Shown: positions 13,633 to 26,603 of the stretch, in pieces
Numbering within the stretch: position 1 is the first letter of the stretch
How the letters are laid out: the number at the start of each line of letters is the position of its first letter
Assembly (NCBI GenBank): GCA_964188305.1
Contig: OZ076887.1
Direction: 5' to 3' (one strand)
From: Podarcis bocagei
Lineage: Eukaryota
DNA length: 64,000 nt
Notes under the pieces: generated by a model
Seen by the model: the letters and a program-made list of their open reading frames with translations, nothing else
Told to the model about the DNA's origin: nothing
Database searches by the model: none
Position numbers and translations under genes: made by a program

Positions 13633-15268
13633 GTATGTATTATTGTACGATACTTAGAAATCCTGTATAAAAACTCTGATGTATTGTTTTCTTCTGATTT
13701 CTCTCTTATAGGGCATCTTACCTCATCAGAAAATAAATACATGAAAATTTCTGTTTTTTAGCTTTAGAACCTGAAGTTCAGGAAGCTGCTTTGAGGCATT
13801 GGAATGATTTTGGTGTTACATAATATTTTACCAGGAATTGGGTTTACTATAGCTAATAACAATAGTCACATAAGCCATTCATTGATAACATACATTTGTG
13901 ATGGCATGGTGAAAACTTCCCAGCCTTGAAAGGATCTACTTCACTTGAACACCTTCCCACATGGAGCACCTTCCATGTGGTTGTTTTCCCCCCAAGAAGC
14001 TTGCATTTTATTTCTAAATGAGGATTTCATTAGTGCAGAGATGGCCAGAAGGCAATCATTTCATCCCCTGTGCTGAGTAAGAAGCAGCATTATCAATCTT
14101 TTGTGCCATTTCCATCCTTACTGGTGTCTTTCCCATGTGTCATGGAAGGGGATTATTTAAACTGTTAAATAAAGACTCAGGCAGTTTATTATAGTGCAGG
14201 TCTTTCATTTTGATACAGTGATTTGTCCTGCCCACCAAGCAGAGAAGTGGCAAAATACGTCCTCATACCCATTTATTGACCTCTGATCTCAAAACCTTTT
14301 ATCATATTGCAGCTGAAGACCCTCATTATTACAGAAGAGAGGTGCCACCCCCTCCCCACATTACAAAGCAAATGTCATTCACTTCACATCATGCTGAAAG
14401 GGGTGGGTGTCTTTAACTTAGCATAATGCTGATGGGGTGAAAATGTCTGTCCTGTCTTATTTCCATTAGTTGGTTATAGAATTCTGTAAAAAAAGAAAGA
14501 AAAGACTTTAGGGTCAGAGAAATCAGTTGCATATTACATTGATTTTAAATAATTTTTGCTCCTATTTGTCAATTTCAGTTGGAAAATCAGTCAACAAATG
14601 CGGGAGTTAAAATGACAGCTTTTGGATTAGTCAGTTGCTATCCTGCTTTGTTATTGACACAAGTAGATACATTGAGAAGGACATTTTTTTATTGCATGCT
14701 TTGATGAAAAAGATCAATGGAGGTCACATCTACAAAACTGAGATTAATTATCACAGAAACCACTTATCTGTATGTATCTTGCTTAGCTTTCATATTTTTT
14801 AAATTTAATCTTCTCATCTGCTTTCCTGTTGCTCATTCTTGGCTCCCTTGTATTATACTCTAGGGTAATGCCAAAATACTTATTTTGGATTAGGGGAGGG
14901 AGTGGGAATCTGGATGCCAGTTCTAAAACAGTGCCTTGAGGGCTGGATAGTGTCCAACATTTTTTTAAAAAAACTTGAACGCTCCGCTTTCATTCCCACA
15001 TTCACCCCCTTTTTAGCCGTTGCTGGTTGAAATGCGTCCAGAATGCAAAACCTGTTTTATGGATGTTTTAAATAATCTGGATTAATATTGTCATGGCCAT
15101 TGGCAGTAGGATTTTCTCTTGATGTTTCTGGTAACCACTCCATTCAGCTACAAGAGCCCTTAAAGGTTTGTCTGAAAGAGGTTAATTCAAAGATAATCTT
15201 AAACGCTTGGGGCCTGAAAGGCTTATTAGTTAGAATATTGTTCAGCCACATAGTAATTCTGGTTGAAG

Positions 15269-15442
15269 NNNNNNNNNNNNNNNNNNNNNNNNNNNNNNNN
15301 NNNNNNNNNNNNNNNNNNNNNNNNNNNNNNNNNNNNNNNNNNNNNNNNNNNNNNNNNNNNNNNNNNNNNNNNNNNNNNNNNNNNNNNNNNNNNNNNNNNN
15401 NNNNNNNNNNNNNNNNNNNNNNNNNNNNNNNNNNNNNNNNNN
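15269..15442. other. Assembly gap (174 N)
   Basis: Run of n characters. Confidence 1.
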
Positions 15443-15629
15443 GTGAAGAGAGAACTATGATTGTTCAATATGTTCATTAAGCACTATGAAAAGTGGTGCC
15501 CTGAAGAAATATCTATTGTCAGTAGGAGGGTCTGTCACCATAGAACTTATTGTAGCATAAAATATACATAAATCTTGGTTTCATTCAGATTTGGCCATAA
15601 ATCTGTAGAGAGCTATGTAAGCTGTAAGG

Positions 15630-15880
15630 CAGGGGGTCAGCAAACCTTTTCAGCAGGGGGCCGGTCCACTGTCCCTCAGACCTTGTGGGGGGCCAGACTA
15701 TATTTGGGAGGAAAAAAAGAGCAAATTCCTATGCCCCACAAATAACCCAGAGATGCATTTGAAATAAAAGGCCACATTCTACTCATGTAAAAACATGCTG
15801 ATTCCCTGACCTTCCACGGGTCGGATTTAGAAGGCAATTGGGTTGGATCCGGCCCCCTGGCCTTAATTTGCCTACCCATG
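15630..15880. mobile_element. Non-autonomous hAT (Charlie-like) MITE
   Basis: Perfect 8-bp TSD CTGTAAGG at 15622-15629 and 15881-15888. Imperfect TIRs CAGGGGGTCAGCAAA / TTTGCCTACCCATG. Confidence 0.88.
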
Positions 15881-16449
15881 CTGTAAGGTGACTCACTCAT
15901 CTGTACTAGGTATTTATGTTTTGTTCATCTCATGTTTGGCTCATCTCAAGGATCTGGGGCAAGTTGCAACACCAAATCCTGTCCCTTCATAAGAAAAGCA
16001 ATAGAATAAAAATCCTGCAAAAACTACTATTACCATAGGTCATAACAAGCCACCTAAATTTGCATGAAATGTAAAAAAATTCTGCTAGTAGCATAATTCC
16101 AATTACTAGCCAGATAAAGTGATACTATTTTGCAGTGCTGGTGGAAAATATTCAGATCCATACACTAGCAGATATCCCTGGAAACAGAATTCAGCTATTT
16201 TTTGGATTTGCTAGCCAATGTTTAATATCCCTTTTTGTACTTTCTTTTTTATATCTGGTGTGTGGATAATATGGGTATCTAAGGATTTGCCCAAGCATTA
16301 TAGAAAACTCAAGGGAGTCTTTAGTTTTGTGCGCCTTTACTTTCAGGTTTGTCAGTAGCCACAGGCAAAGCAACAAGAAGGAAAAAGTCTTAGAAATGTC
16401 ACCTCCCTCCTGACACTTCCATTCCAAATGGTAAATTATTTGGAATATG

Positions 16450-16632
16450 CGTAGGGACATAACGAGGTGCCTTACACCAAAGACCATCTGTCCATCTAGC
16501 TCAGTATTGTTCTACATTGATGGGCAGCAGCTCTCCAAGGACAAAGAATATTTCCCAGCCCTTCCTGGAGATGCTGGGGATTCAACCTGAGACCTCCTAG
16601 ATGCCAAGCAGTTGCTCTACCACTGAGCTATA
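16450..16632 (-). mobile_element. Old tRNA-derived SINE with a CR1-like tail; related copies at about 45505-45675 (+), 48535-48720 (+) and 60630-60790 (-)
   Basis: Shared AGCTCAGTGGTAGAGCA head and ACTGAGCTAGATGGAC core among the copies. Confidence 0.65.
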
Positions 16633-17130
16633 TGGAGTGCCAGTTGGACTGTTATTCTGTGGTCTTCCCTGTCTGGAATTCCTTTCTGACAGTCGTTTCC
16701 CCCAATGGCTTGCCTTCACTTCTGTACTTGATTTTGTAGGGCTTCTGCTGCAACTTCCCCTCCTAACCTGGGGTTTGCTGCTGTCATCCCTAGCTGCTGG
16801 TGAAGCACAGTAAAGTTGAGTATTCTACCTCATTTTAGCTTACTTTTAGTCTTCATTCAGAGCCAAATGGCTCCTTGGTGAGCCACATCTCTTCCCCCAG
16901 CTTCAGTTGTTCAGCTTTTGATTACTTTTTAAAATGCATCTATGGCTTTTTTGATGCATGACTTGCACGTGTGATTTATCCTACTCATGGAAGATGATAA
17001 ATTTGTATGCTGTGGTCTGAAAAGTCTGCATTTATGAATTCTGCATGTAAGCAAATAAACCCCTGGATATACAGACCAAACCTTACAACCTTACATTAGT
17101 TTATGTATTTTTCTGCATTATTTGTGCCAG

Positions 17131-17395
17131 TTGTGGAATGCTCTCCGCAGGGAGGTTCGCCTGATGCCTTCATTATATATCTTTAGGCACGAGGCAAAAA
17201 CGTTCCTCTTCAACCAGGTCTTTGGCTGATTAATATTCTACAGCCTTTTAAATGTGTTTGTGGGAGGGGGCTTTATTGTTTTGTTGTTTTCGTTTTAACT
17301 ATTTATTTCTGCTTTTATCTTGTATTTTTATCATGTGAACTGCCCTGAGATCTGAAGGGTCGTATATAAATAAAATGGATAAAAATAAATAAAAT
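17131..17395 (+). mobile_element. L2-type LINE 3' fragment
   Basis: TGGAATGCTCTCC...AAAAACGTTCCTCTTCAACCAGG...GTGAACTGCCCTGAGATC...AAATAAAT. Reverse-complement match to 33040-33260. Confidence 0.72.
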
Positions 17396-17590
17396 AAGCA
17401 TTATTACACCATTCTTACACTTACACTTCCTTTCACTTTTATGAGAATTCTGTTCATCTCTGAAATTCTAAGAACCATCGCATTAACACATATTTTCCTT
17501 TTTGATATTGCAAGTAGTCCTTAACCTTGGAACTTTATGTTAATTGCCTAACTGTGTCTTGTTAAAGTATCAGAGCCCAAAAGCTGTTTA

Positions 17591-17892
17591 GCCAGCGTGG
17601 TGTAGTGGTTAAGAGCGGTAGTCTCGTAATCTGGTGAACCGGGTTCGTGTCTCCGCTCCTCCACATGCAGCTGCTGGGTGACCTTGGGCCAGTCACACTT
17701 CTTTGAAGTCTCTCAGCCCCACTCACCTCACAGAGTGTTTGTTGTGGGGGAGGAAGGGAAAGGAGAAGGTTAGCCGCTTTGAGACTCCTTAGGGTAGTGA
17801 TAAAGCGGGATATCAAATCCAAACTCCTCCTCCTCCTCCTCCTCCTCCTCCTCCTCCTCCTCCTCCTCCTCTTCTTCTTCTTCTTCTTCTTC
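17591..17892 (+). mobile_element. Young tRNA-derived SINE (Squam3-like) with a (CCT)n(CTT)n tail
   Basis: A-box TGGTGTAGTGG, B-box-like GGTTCGTGTCT, near-identical to the copies at 32791 and 49664. Family name is from recall. Confidence 0.85.
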
Positions 17893-19065
17893 ACTTGAAA
17901 TATTGATAGTCTCACTTTATGGGTTAACAATCACGTTATGCTATTTGGATTAAGCAGTAACTTTTCAAAAGATGTAACGATTGTTAGGGTAAAGTGAAAG
18001 CACCTGCAGAGAATCCAGTATGAGTCTACTTAATTTTTATTGTGTTTTCACAATGCACAATTGGTCCAAGAAGCATTCTTTTTTTGTATAATTCATGATA
18101 TTACAACAAATTTATCCAATGGTAAATAAGTTTTTTTTAAAAAAACAACTTTAATTGTAATGAGCAGTTGCTTGATAAAAGATGTGCGAAATTGCACATG
18201 GAGAGGTTCACAGATAAGAACTGTAATCATGCCAAGGAGTTATTGATTCCTTGATTGATTCGTATTGTGCAGACTTTGCTGAAGGGCAAGGAAATCATTC
18301 CATTTCAAACTTTTAATAGAATTTTGCTATATATCTTCCACTGAGGCAAGCTTCAGCAGATAGAAGCCCCTGGAGTACAGTGTTTGCCTTCTTTCAAAGC
18401 ACTTGGATTAGATCTATTTTGAAGGTCATGGCTTTCAAAATGCCATTTGTGGAAAAATTTCAAAAGTCTGTGGTAGAACCAGTGTGTACTGCTGTTTTGG
18501 AGTCTCTTCAGCAAATAAAATATGATCGCCTCCTTAGGCACCCACACCTGCTCACCAACATCTTCTAGTTGTCTTTTCAGATGTGAGTGTGGATTATTGG
18601 CATTATCCCACACTGAGTTAGCTTTCTTTTCCTACCCCCTGCCAGCTTTATTTGGTAATGGGATGCTACAGTTTCTGATGGCCTCATGTTAGAAACAGGC
18701 CTTAAAATATAAAATTTAGTGGGCATGGTCATGTCAATCTTAAGTACTTTTTATGTCCAGCCCAGGGTGGGGTAGGGATTAAACATATGTTCTTCATAAA
18801 TTAATGTGATTTTGTGTGACCTCTTCTTTAGAGCCAAAAAGTAACATAGGAATACTTTTAGAAATAAATACATACATTTAAAAGTGCTTAGCTTTGGATG
18901 AGTTGGGCTGTAAATAAATGAATGGGTGTTTTGGTGTAACAGACAATAGTTTCAACTATCTGAGAGAGTTGTTATGGGATAAACAAACTGGAATATTTGT
19001 TTTTGTTTCTGAGATGTTGATTATCCAATAATGGGAATCTTTTAATATTCATTTAATTTTTCTAG

Positions 19066-19120
19066 GCTTCAAGAAAAAGAGCAATCGCTCAATATGTCCA
19101 TTAAAGATACAGCTGCCAGA
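19066..19120 (+). CDS. DISC1: DISC1 coding exon (exon 7 equivalent), 55 bp, phase 2 to 0
   Basis: TTTTTCTAG acceptor, GTAAGT donor. LQEKEQSLNMSIKDTAAR vs human LQERIKSLNLSLKEITTK. Confidence 0.94.
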
Positions 19121-19834
19121 GTAAGTGCACTTTAACTGCTATATTTGTTTCTGTAAATGTAAGGCATTAATGAGGCAATTAATTACATAAGTGTAAGGAA
19201 GCAGTCTGTGAACAGCTTTCTAAAGATCTTGTTTTTAATGTAATATTAAGTGATTATTGGAATGCTGACATTATGCTAATTTGGTCAGTGTATAAAAAGT
19301 GAAAATGTGACAGCTGGATAGTGGGTGGAATGGTGCATTAGATATTTTATTTCTTAGCTCATGCAAAGGAGAGATAATCAGTGAGCTGCCAATTGGAAAA
19401 AATTATCAGGTTTATGAGGGCTTTGAATATTATTTAAAACATCCCCCCACCAATCTCCATTTGCAAAGACTTTTGGAGTGTCTTAGAATAGGATTAATAA
19501 GAACAATAACAAACAGTCTTTACCCATCAGCTTGCGATCTAAAGGACAAAACACAAAAGAAAATGGGGATTCAGAGACAGGAGGAAAACAAGCAAGCTCA
19601 GGCATAATTTCTTAATGGTGCTTGTAATGACAGACCTGAACAGAAACAGTTCAGGGATACAGAGCTGAAGGATGCTGGTTTTTCAGTAGAGTTGATAAGA
19701 GTGAGTGCTGCAGTCCTGTCTCTCTCTCTGCTTGCTCATATCCCTGATTTTAGCCATCATAGCAGTAGTTAATGGCCTGGTTTACATGTCACACAAAGCC
19801 AAACATGCAGGCACATGGAGAGGAGATTGCAAAT

Positions 19835-20474
19835 TAACGTTACCAGATTTTTTTCAATAAATCCGGGGACACTTTAAATACACACATACGTGTATACATA
19901 CTACACATTTGGGACGTTGATGCTGCAGTGATGGCGGTGGCAGAGGGGCAGCCACCGTCTTTACCTCAACTACCACATTTCCCCTTCCTCCAGGGCTTCT
20001 ATCTCCTTTCTCCATGAGTCTGGGCAGCCCCTGAGTTGTTGGTTCTTTGGCAGTGGTGGGGAAGCGGTGCATGTTAGGTCAGGCATGGAAGGCGGAGAAG
20101 GAGGGCCGAGAGTATGCAAGTAGGAGTTGGGATCAGGGCTGCTCCAATAGGCAGCATGAAGCCTCCCTTCACAGCTTAGTTGCTGGGGTCAGGGAAGGTG
20201 GAGGCAGCCCGGAAGATGCATCTTGGAGCCCCTGCACCACCATCATATGGGGACTTCTGGCGAGACAAAATGGTGGGGGCCACAGCAGCGAGCAGCTCCT
20301 GAAGCCAGCCAGAGCCAACTGCACTGCCGGGCTGGCTCCGGACTGGTGAGGCTGCCGCTGCCACGTTTCCCGGGGACATTAGATGAAATCCGGGGACATT
20401 CCAGGGGTGGAATTTGTCCGGGGAAAGATTCGCAAATCCGGGGACTGTCCCCGGGAAACTGGGACGTCTGGTGA
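19835..20474. mobile_element. GC-rich non-autonomous DNA transposon (hAT-like)
   Basis: Ends GTTACCAGAT... / ...CGTCTGGTGA with subterminal CCGGGGAC repeats; shares both ends with 51116-51205. Confidence 0.72.
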
Positions 20475-22449
20475 GATGCTTCACTCATCAGTCGTTCAAC
20501 TACAGTGCATGGATAATCTTAGTGTGTTGTTTGAAAACCGGGCTTGTGATTTAACTTTCTTCAGACTAACCAAGATTTGTCCTGTGATTTACAGTTCATG
20601 GAGAACTAAACCACAAGCCAGGGTTTGGACAACATGCTAAGGCAAATCATGCTAGTAAATTTAACAAGAAGGCTCATTCCTACTATTCTAAGAGGTACAA
20701 AAGTGCTTTGATATTAGGAACTGAACTGCTGCTGCAGTCTTTAGGACAGATTGCAAGAGGAAAGGAAGTGGTCCACCACTCTTCCACGCCCTAAGAAAAT
20801 GCATTACTTTTTCATGTTAGGATTTCTCAGAATGTTGGAGCAGCAGTTCCAATATTTGCTCCTACCTCAGTTCACGGAGTAGGCAGGCTTCCTTGTACTG
20901 TCTGAAGCACAACATGCTCTTCTATTAGTCTTGAGAGTCTCAGCCCAATACTGTGCTAAGCAACCTCTTCACAATAGCAGGGAGGATTCTGATGGTAGAA
21001 TTGTTTATAAATGTTTCAGTATCCATTTTGGATTCGGTGGAGGCCATTGAAAAGTTATTTGGTGTGAAAACTGTTCATAGAATATTCTGAAATAAACATT
21101 GCTGAATTAGAACTGTGCAACTGCCTCATAGATTATGCAGTTTCATCTTGGAAAAGTAATATAAACACAGTGGGCTCACTAATTTCTACGGGTATTTACA
21201 ATTGCAGCCTTACCTAAAAATCTTGAAAGCCCAGAATTAAATAGCATGTAGTGTCTGTCACTTGCCCCACAATAATAAGTAACTGATTGTTCCCTCCCGC
21301 TACTACATGGTCATAGGAAATATGTGTTATTTATTAAGATACGTAGCATTTCGAGTGACTATTGAGCAAGACTTTGTGATAATGAACTGAGCAGTCAGCC
21401 TTAGTCACTTTGTCCCCTTCAGAATAAAGCCAGGCCTGGTCTGATGCAAAGTGGCGATGCCTCACTTGGATATGAAACTCTGACAGAGGTGCTGCCTTTG
21501 GCATCAATAACTCAGCACTGCTTCCATCTCTTTGATTTTTCTAAGTGATTGTTACAGCAAATACTGAAGATAGCATGACATTTTGAAAGAGTGAGTTAAT
21601 TTTAGTATTCTAACACACACTGCTGCATCCTCCATTCCTGCCACTATTGATTAGCTTCATATAGGAGTGAGGTATTGTACGGAGCCTGGCTCTCTACGCT
21701 TAGAACACCATAGTGCTACTCGGAGTGGCTTATTTAAATGCCAAAATGGTGGCAGTTCACTGAAGGAGGGCAGTTGGCAAGGCAGAGCCACAACAGCAGT
21801 ACTGAGGCAGTCGGTGGAATCAGTACAGAGCAAGCTGATGCTAATTGAGCTTTAATCTTTGGCCATTTTATTCTTGCTGTTGCTTTCAACATCTCTTTCT
21901 TTTCATGTATAAATCAATATACATACTTAGTTAGTCCCAAGTAAGAACAAATAATATTTATTTTTGGGTGGTTGTATTTTTCTGATAGGCACTGAGCCAC
22001 CTGTGTTTGGCATGGGAGGAAATGATGCTTGTTTTTAGATGGGAAGGGATGGAAGACAGTCTCTTTTGCAAATTTAATTTATCTATTTCACCTGTTTATA
22101 TATTGCTTAATCTCTGAAGTTTATAAGTAGTGTATGTAAAATTACAAAAAAACTCAGAGTGAATAAAATCAATTAAAACTTAATCACAAAAGCATAAAAC
22201 TTCCTTATTGTCTGCTGAAATGGAAAGGTCTTTGTCAAACATCTGACATTCAACAGGGAGGTGACTTGTAATGTATTATTTCTGCTTTGATTCTTTGGAT
22301 AGTTGTTTGGCGCTCTGCTAGCACCTTATACTGCATTCCTCTTCCCAGCAGATATTTAGAATCATAGAATCATAGAATCATAGAATCATAGAGTTGGAAG
22401 AGACCACAAGGGCCATCGAGTCCAACCCCCTGCCAAGCAGGAAACACCA

Positions 22450-25371
22450 TCAGAGCACTCCTGACATATGGTTGTCAAGCCTCTGCTTAAAGACCTCCAA
22501 AGTAGGAGACTCCACCACACTCCTTGGCAGCAAATTCCACTGTCGAACAGCTCTTACTGTCAGGAAGTTCTTCCTAATGTTTAGGTGGAATCTTCTTTCT
22601 TGTAGTTTGGATCCATTGCTCCGTGTCCGCTTCTCTGGAGCAGCAGAAAACAACCTTTCTCCCTCCTCTATGTGACATCCTTTTATATATTTGAACATGG
22701 CTATCATATCACCCCTTAACCTCCTCTTCTCCAGGCTAAACATGCCCAGCTCCCTTAGCCGTTCCTCATAAGGCATCGTTTCCAGGCCTCTGACCATTTT
22801 GGTTGCCCTCCTCTGGACACGTTCCAGTTTGTCAGTGTCCTTCTTGAATTGTGGTGCCCAGAACTGGACACAGTACTCCAGGTGTGGTCTGACCAGAGCA
22901 GAATACAGTGGCACTATTACTTCCCTTGATCTAGATGCTATACTCCTATTGATGCAGCCCAGAATTGCATTGGCTTTTTTAGCTGCCGCGTCACACTGTT
23001 GGCTCATGTCAAGTTTGTGGTCAACCAAGACTCCTAGATCCTTTTCACATGTACTGCTCTCAAGCCAGGTGTCACCCATCTTGTATTTGTGCCTCTCATT
23101 TTTTTTGCCCAAGTGCAATACTTTACATTTCTCCCTGTTAAAATTCATCTTGTTTGTTTTTGCCCAGTTCTCTAATCTGTCAAGGTCGTTTTGAAGTGTG
23201 ATCCTGTCCTCTGGGGTGTTAGCCACCCCTCCCAGTTTGGTGTCATCTGCAAATTTGATCAGGATGCCCTTGAGTCCATCATCCAAGTCGTTGATAAAGA
23301 TGTTAAATAAGACCGGGCCCAAGACAGAACCCTGTGGCACCCCACTAGTCACTCTTCTCCAGGATGAAGAGGAACCATTGATGAGCACCCTTTGGGTTCG
23401 GTCAGTCAGCCAGTTACAAATCCACTGAGTGGTAGCAGAGTCAAGACCGCATTTTACCAGCTTCTTTACAAGAATATCATGGGGCACCTTGTCAAATGCC
23501 TTACTGAAATCAAGGTAGGCTATATCCACTGAGTTCCCTTCATCTACCAGGCTTGTAATTCTGTCAAAAAATGAGATCAGGTTAGTCTGACATGACTTAT
23601 TTTTCAGAAATCCATGCTGACTATTGGTGATCACAGCATTCCTTTCTAGGTGCTCACAGACTGTTTGCTTAATGATCTGCTCCAGAATCTTCCCTGCTAT
23701 TGATGTCAGACTGACTGGGCGGTAATTATTTGGGTCCTCTCTTTTCCCCTTTTTGAAAATAGGGACAACATTTGCCCTCCTCCAGTCTGCCGGGACTTCG
23801 CCTGTTCTCCAGGATTTCTCGAAGATGACTGCCAGTGGTTCTGAGATCACATCTGCCAGTTCTTTTAATACTCTTGGATGCAGTTCATCTGGCCCTGGAG
23901 ACTTGAATACATCTAAACTAGCCAAATATTCTTGTACTGTCTCCTTAGTTATTCTGGGCTGTGTTTCCTTTGCTGAATCATTTGCTCCAAATTCTTCAGG
24001 TCGGGCATTGTTTTCTTTATCGGAGAAGACTGAGGCAAAGAAGGCATTGAGGAGTTCAGCCCTTTCTGTGTCCCCTGTTTGCATTTCACCATCTTCTCCT
24101 CTGAGTGACCCCACTGTTTCTTTGTTCTTCCTTTTGCTACGAACATACCCATAAAAGCCTTTTTTGTTGCTTTTAACCTCTCTAGCAAGCCTGAGTTCAT
24201 TCTGTGCTTTAGCTTTTCTGACTTTGTGTCTACACGTGCTGGCTATTTGTTTGAATTCCTCTTTGGTGGTTTCCCCCCTTTTCCATTTTTTGTACACATC
24301 CTTTTTTAATCTTAATTCAGTTAAAAGTTCTTTAGATAGCCACCCTGGCTTCTTTAGGCACCTTCCATGTTTCCGTCTCAATGGTATTGCCTGACGTTGT
24401 GCTTTTACTATCTCCCTCTTAACAAACTCCCAGCCATCATGAACTCCCTTTCCTTTTAGTATTGCTGTCCATGGGATCTCACCCAGCACTTCCCTAAGTT
24501 TTATGAAGTCGGCTTTCTTAAAGTCAAGAAATTGAGTCCTAGTATGCTTGGCTGCTCCTTTCCGCTGTATAGTAAACTTCAGAAGAGCATGATCACTCGC
24601 GCCTAATGATCCTTCCACTTCTACCCCACTAACCAGGTCATCAACATTGGTTAGGACCAGATCTAAAATGGCTGTTCCTCTTGTTGCTTCTCCCACTTTC
24701 TGGACAATGAAGTTGTCTGCAAGGCCAGTGAGGAATCTGTTTGACCTTATGCTCTTGGCTGAGTTTGACGTCCAACAAATATCCGGGTAATTGAAGTCCC
24801 CCATTACTACTATCTCCCTTCCTTTTGCATGCTTGGCCATCTGTTCCAGGAAGGCATCATCTATGTCCTCCGTTTGGCTTGGGGATCTATAGTAAACTCC
24901 CACAATGAGGTCTCTGTTATTCTTCTCTCCCTTAATTTTGACCCAAATGCTCTCACATTGGCTTTGAGGTTCTAAATCTTGGATCTCTTCACAGGTATAC
25001 ACATCCCTGACATATAACGCCACTCCTCCTCCTTTCTTGTCTGGTCTGTTTCTCTGAAATAGATTGTATCCCCCCATTATTACATTCCAATCGTGGGACT
25101 TATCCCACCAGGTTTCAGTGATGCCTATTATGTCATATTTAGTTTGCTGTACCAAGAGCTCAAGCTCATCTTGTTTATTTCCCATGCTTTGCGCATTAGT
25201 GTACAGACATTGAAGTCCATTAATCATTCCCCCGTGTCTCTTATTTAAGGATTTTTTCCTCCCACCACTAGGTCCGCGTGCTGTTTGCTCCATTTGGTCT
25301 ATGACATTTGGATGATCATCTTCATTAATTGATAGACTCCTACCTTCAGGAGCACTGTCTCCCTCCCCCAC
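22450..25371 (-). CDS. CR1 ORF2: AP-like endonuclease + reverse transcriptase (973 codons, uninterrupted)
   Basis: Endonuclease motifs [34 protein letters not shown] motifs [35 protein letters not shown]. The annotated start is a GTG. Confidence 0.96.
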   Translation of the reverse strand: MGEGDSAPEGRSLSINEDDHPNVIDQMEQTARGPSGGRKKSLNKRHGGMINGLQCLYTNAQSMGNKQDELELLVQQTKYDIIGITETWWDKSHDWNVIMGGYNLFQRNRPDKKGGGVALYVRDVYTCEEIQDLEPQSQCESIWVKIKGEKNNRDLIVGVYYRSPSQTEDIDDAFLEQMAKHAKGREIVVMGDFNYPDICWTSNSAKSIRSNRFLTGLADNFIVQKVGEATRGTAILDLVLTNVDDLVSGVEVEGSLGASDHALLKFTIQRKGAAKHTRTQFLDFKKADFIKLREVLGEIPWTAILKGKGVHDGWEFVKREIVKAQRQAIPLRRKHGRCLKKPGWLSKELLTELRLKKDVYKKWKRGETTKEEFKQIASTCRHKVRKAKAQNELRLAREVKSNKKGFYGYVRSKRKNKETVGSLRGEDGEMQTGDTERAELLNAFFASVFSDKENNARPEEFGANDSAKETQPRITKETVQEYLASLDVFKSPGPDELHPRVLKELADVISEPLAVIFEKSWRTGEVPADWRRANVVPIFKKGKREDPNNYRPVSLTSIAGKILEQIIKQTVCEHLERNAVITNSQHGFLKNKSCQTNLISFFDRITSLVDEGNSVDIAYLDFSKAFDKVPHDILVKKLVKCGLDSATTQWICNWLTDRTQRVLINGSSSSWRRVTSGVPQGSVLGPVLFNIFINDLDDGLKGILIKFADDTKLGGVANTPEDRITLQNDLDRLENWAKTNKMNFNREKCKVLHLGKKNERHKYKMGDTWLESSTCEKDLGVLVDHKLDMSQQCDAAAKKANAILGCINRSIASRSREVIVPLYSALVRPHLEYCVQFWAPQFKKDTDKLERVQRRATKMVRGLETMPYEERLRELGMFSLEKRRLRGDMIAMFKYIKGCHIEEGERLFSAAPEKRTRSNGSKLQERRFHLNIRKNFLTVRAVRQWNLLPRSVVESPTLEVFKQRLDNHMSGVL

Positions 25372-25376
25372 ATTAG

Positions 25377-25943
25377 TCAGTTTAAAGCCCTCCTGATGAG
25401 GTTTCTGAGATTTTTGGCAAAAACATTCCTCCCAACCGTTGTGAGGTGCAGCCCATCACTTGCCAGAAGTCCATCTTCAAGAAACTGCAGTCCGTGATCT
25501 AAGAATCCAAACCGTTCCTGTTTACACCACTTGCGAAGCCAGCTGTTCACTTCCACTATTTTCCCCTCTCTCCCTGGGCCACGTCGTTCAACTGGGAGGA
25601 CAGATGAGATGACAATTTGTGCATTTAGTTGCTTCAATTTCCTGCCGAGAGCCTCGTAGTCTCTTTTGATCTTCTGGAGGCTATTGCTTGCAGTATCATT
25701 GGTTCCCACATGAACCAAGAGGAAGGGGTATTTGTCAGTGGGTTTTATGATTCCTTGCAGTCGTTCAGTTACATCTTGGATCTTAGCCCCGGGGAGACAG
25801 CACACTTCCCGAGACATCTTGTCAGGCCCACAGATCACTGCTTCTGTTCCCCTCAGTAGGGAATCCCCTATCACCACTACACGCCTCCTCTTATGTTTGG
25901 TCGGGGTTCTTCCGTGAGCTGTCCGTTCCAAGGTCGCCTGCAC
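25377..25943 (-). CDS. CR1 ORF1 C-terminal SGNH/GDSL esterase domain (5' truncated)
   Basis: GDSL block [17 protein letters not shown] and DGLHL motifs typical of CR1 ORF1p; ends ...IRRALN*. Confidence 0.92.
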   Translation of the reverse strand: MQATLERTAHGRTPTKHKRRRVVVIGDSLLRGTEAVICGPDKMSREVCCLPGAKIQDVTERLQGIIKPTDKYPFLLVHVGTNDTASNSLQKIKRDYEALGRKLKQLNAQIVISSVLPVERRGPGREGKIVEVNSWLRKWCKQERFGFLDHGLQFLEDGLLASDGLHLTTVGRNVFAKNLRNLIRRALN

Positions 25944-26500
25944 ATTCCCTAAGGACTGTGCTAGCTGTTCACTCCAGCAAGAGAATTGGGCTCAGTTTCT
26001 AGGAACATTGGTCCAGCCTGCGTGACTCTGCCCTGTATGTCTTGTGGTGGAATGCTGTTTTAGCTGTTCCATAAGGACAGCAAGAGTAGAGCCGGATTGT
26101 TAATCTCAAGTGTTTGTTTACTTTGATCTTCAGCTGTTATGACTGTCAACAAGACATTTACAGAAAGATCAAACATCTGCAATAATTTTCCAGCTTTGGC
26201 CTCTTGCCTGAAATATAGTCTTTCAGTATCTGCTTGTCTGCTTTGTTTGTGATCATCATTTTTCCCTATTTGGGCAACTGTTAAGAGAGTTACTATTTCT
26301 GGGGATTCTGTGGCAAAGCCCTTGAATGGCAGGATGAATGTCTTGCAGCAATATCACACATCACTTTTTATTAACCTTTATTGTCATGCTGTGTAATGAT
26401 ATGTCATGTCTGTAAACCAAGACAATTTGAAATGCCTTTTTTATTCCCTTATATTTTTACATGAATGAATTATATATCATGGCTGTCTGCCTCAATCTAG

Positions 26501-26603
26501 GTGTGTACCAGTCAGAAGCTGTGCAGCACTTTAAGGAGGAAAGTGAATGATATTGAGACTCAACTACCAGCTCTTCTTGAAGCCAAAGTGCTTGCTGTTT
26601 CAG
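26501..26603 (+). CDS. DISC1: DISC1 coding exon (exon 8 equivalent), 103 bp, phase 0 to 1
   Basis: VCTSQKLCSTLRRKVNDIETQLPALLEAKVLAVSG vs human VCMSEKFCSTLRKKVNDIETQLPALLEAKMHAISG. CTAG acceptor, CAG|GTGATT donor. Confidence 0.97.

Larger units (their letters stand above)
22357..25970 (-). mobile_element. Young CR1 LINE, 5'-truncated within ORF1, antisense in DISC1 intron 7
   Basis: (ATTCTATG)n 3' octamer tail at about 22357-22392, intact ORF2, and the C-terminal esterase part of ORF1. The 5' boundary is approximate. Confidence 0.96.

Noticed and set aside
15088-15480. ORFs spanning the N run
   Set aside because: Artefacts of the assembly gap.
17591-17665. tRNA-like sequence with A/B boxes, three copies
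   Set aside because: It is a SINE head followed by SINE body and tail, not a tRNA gene.
17562-17930. ORF with a poly-Lys/poly-Arg tract
   Set aside because: It is the antisense translation of a SINE and its (CCT)n(CTT)n tail.
20047-20640. GC-rich cluster of overlapping ORFs resembling a CpG island or gene
   Set aside because: It lies within a TIR-bounded non-autonomous transposon and has no recognisable protein motif.
22357-22392. Octamer tandem repeat resembling a short array
   Set aside because: It is the standard CR1 3' microsatellite with no spacers, so it is not CRISPR-like.
22394-24394. Several + strand ORFs of 76-133 aa, also at 30261-31061
   Set aside because: They are antisense shadows of CR1 ORF2, not independent genes.
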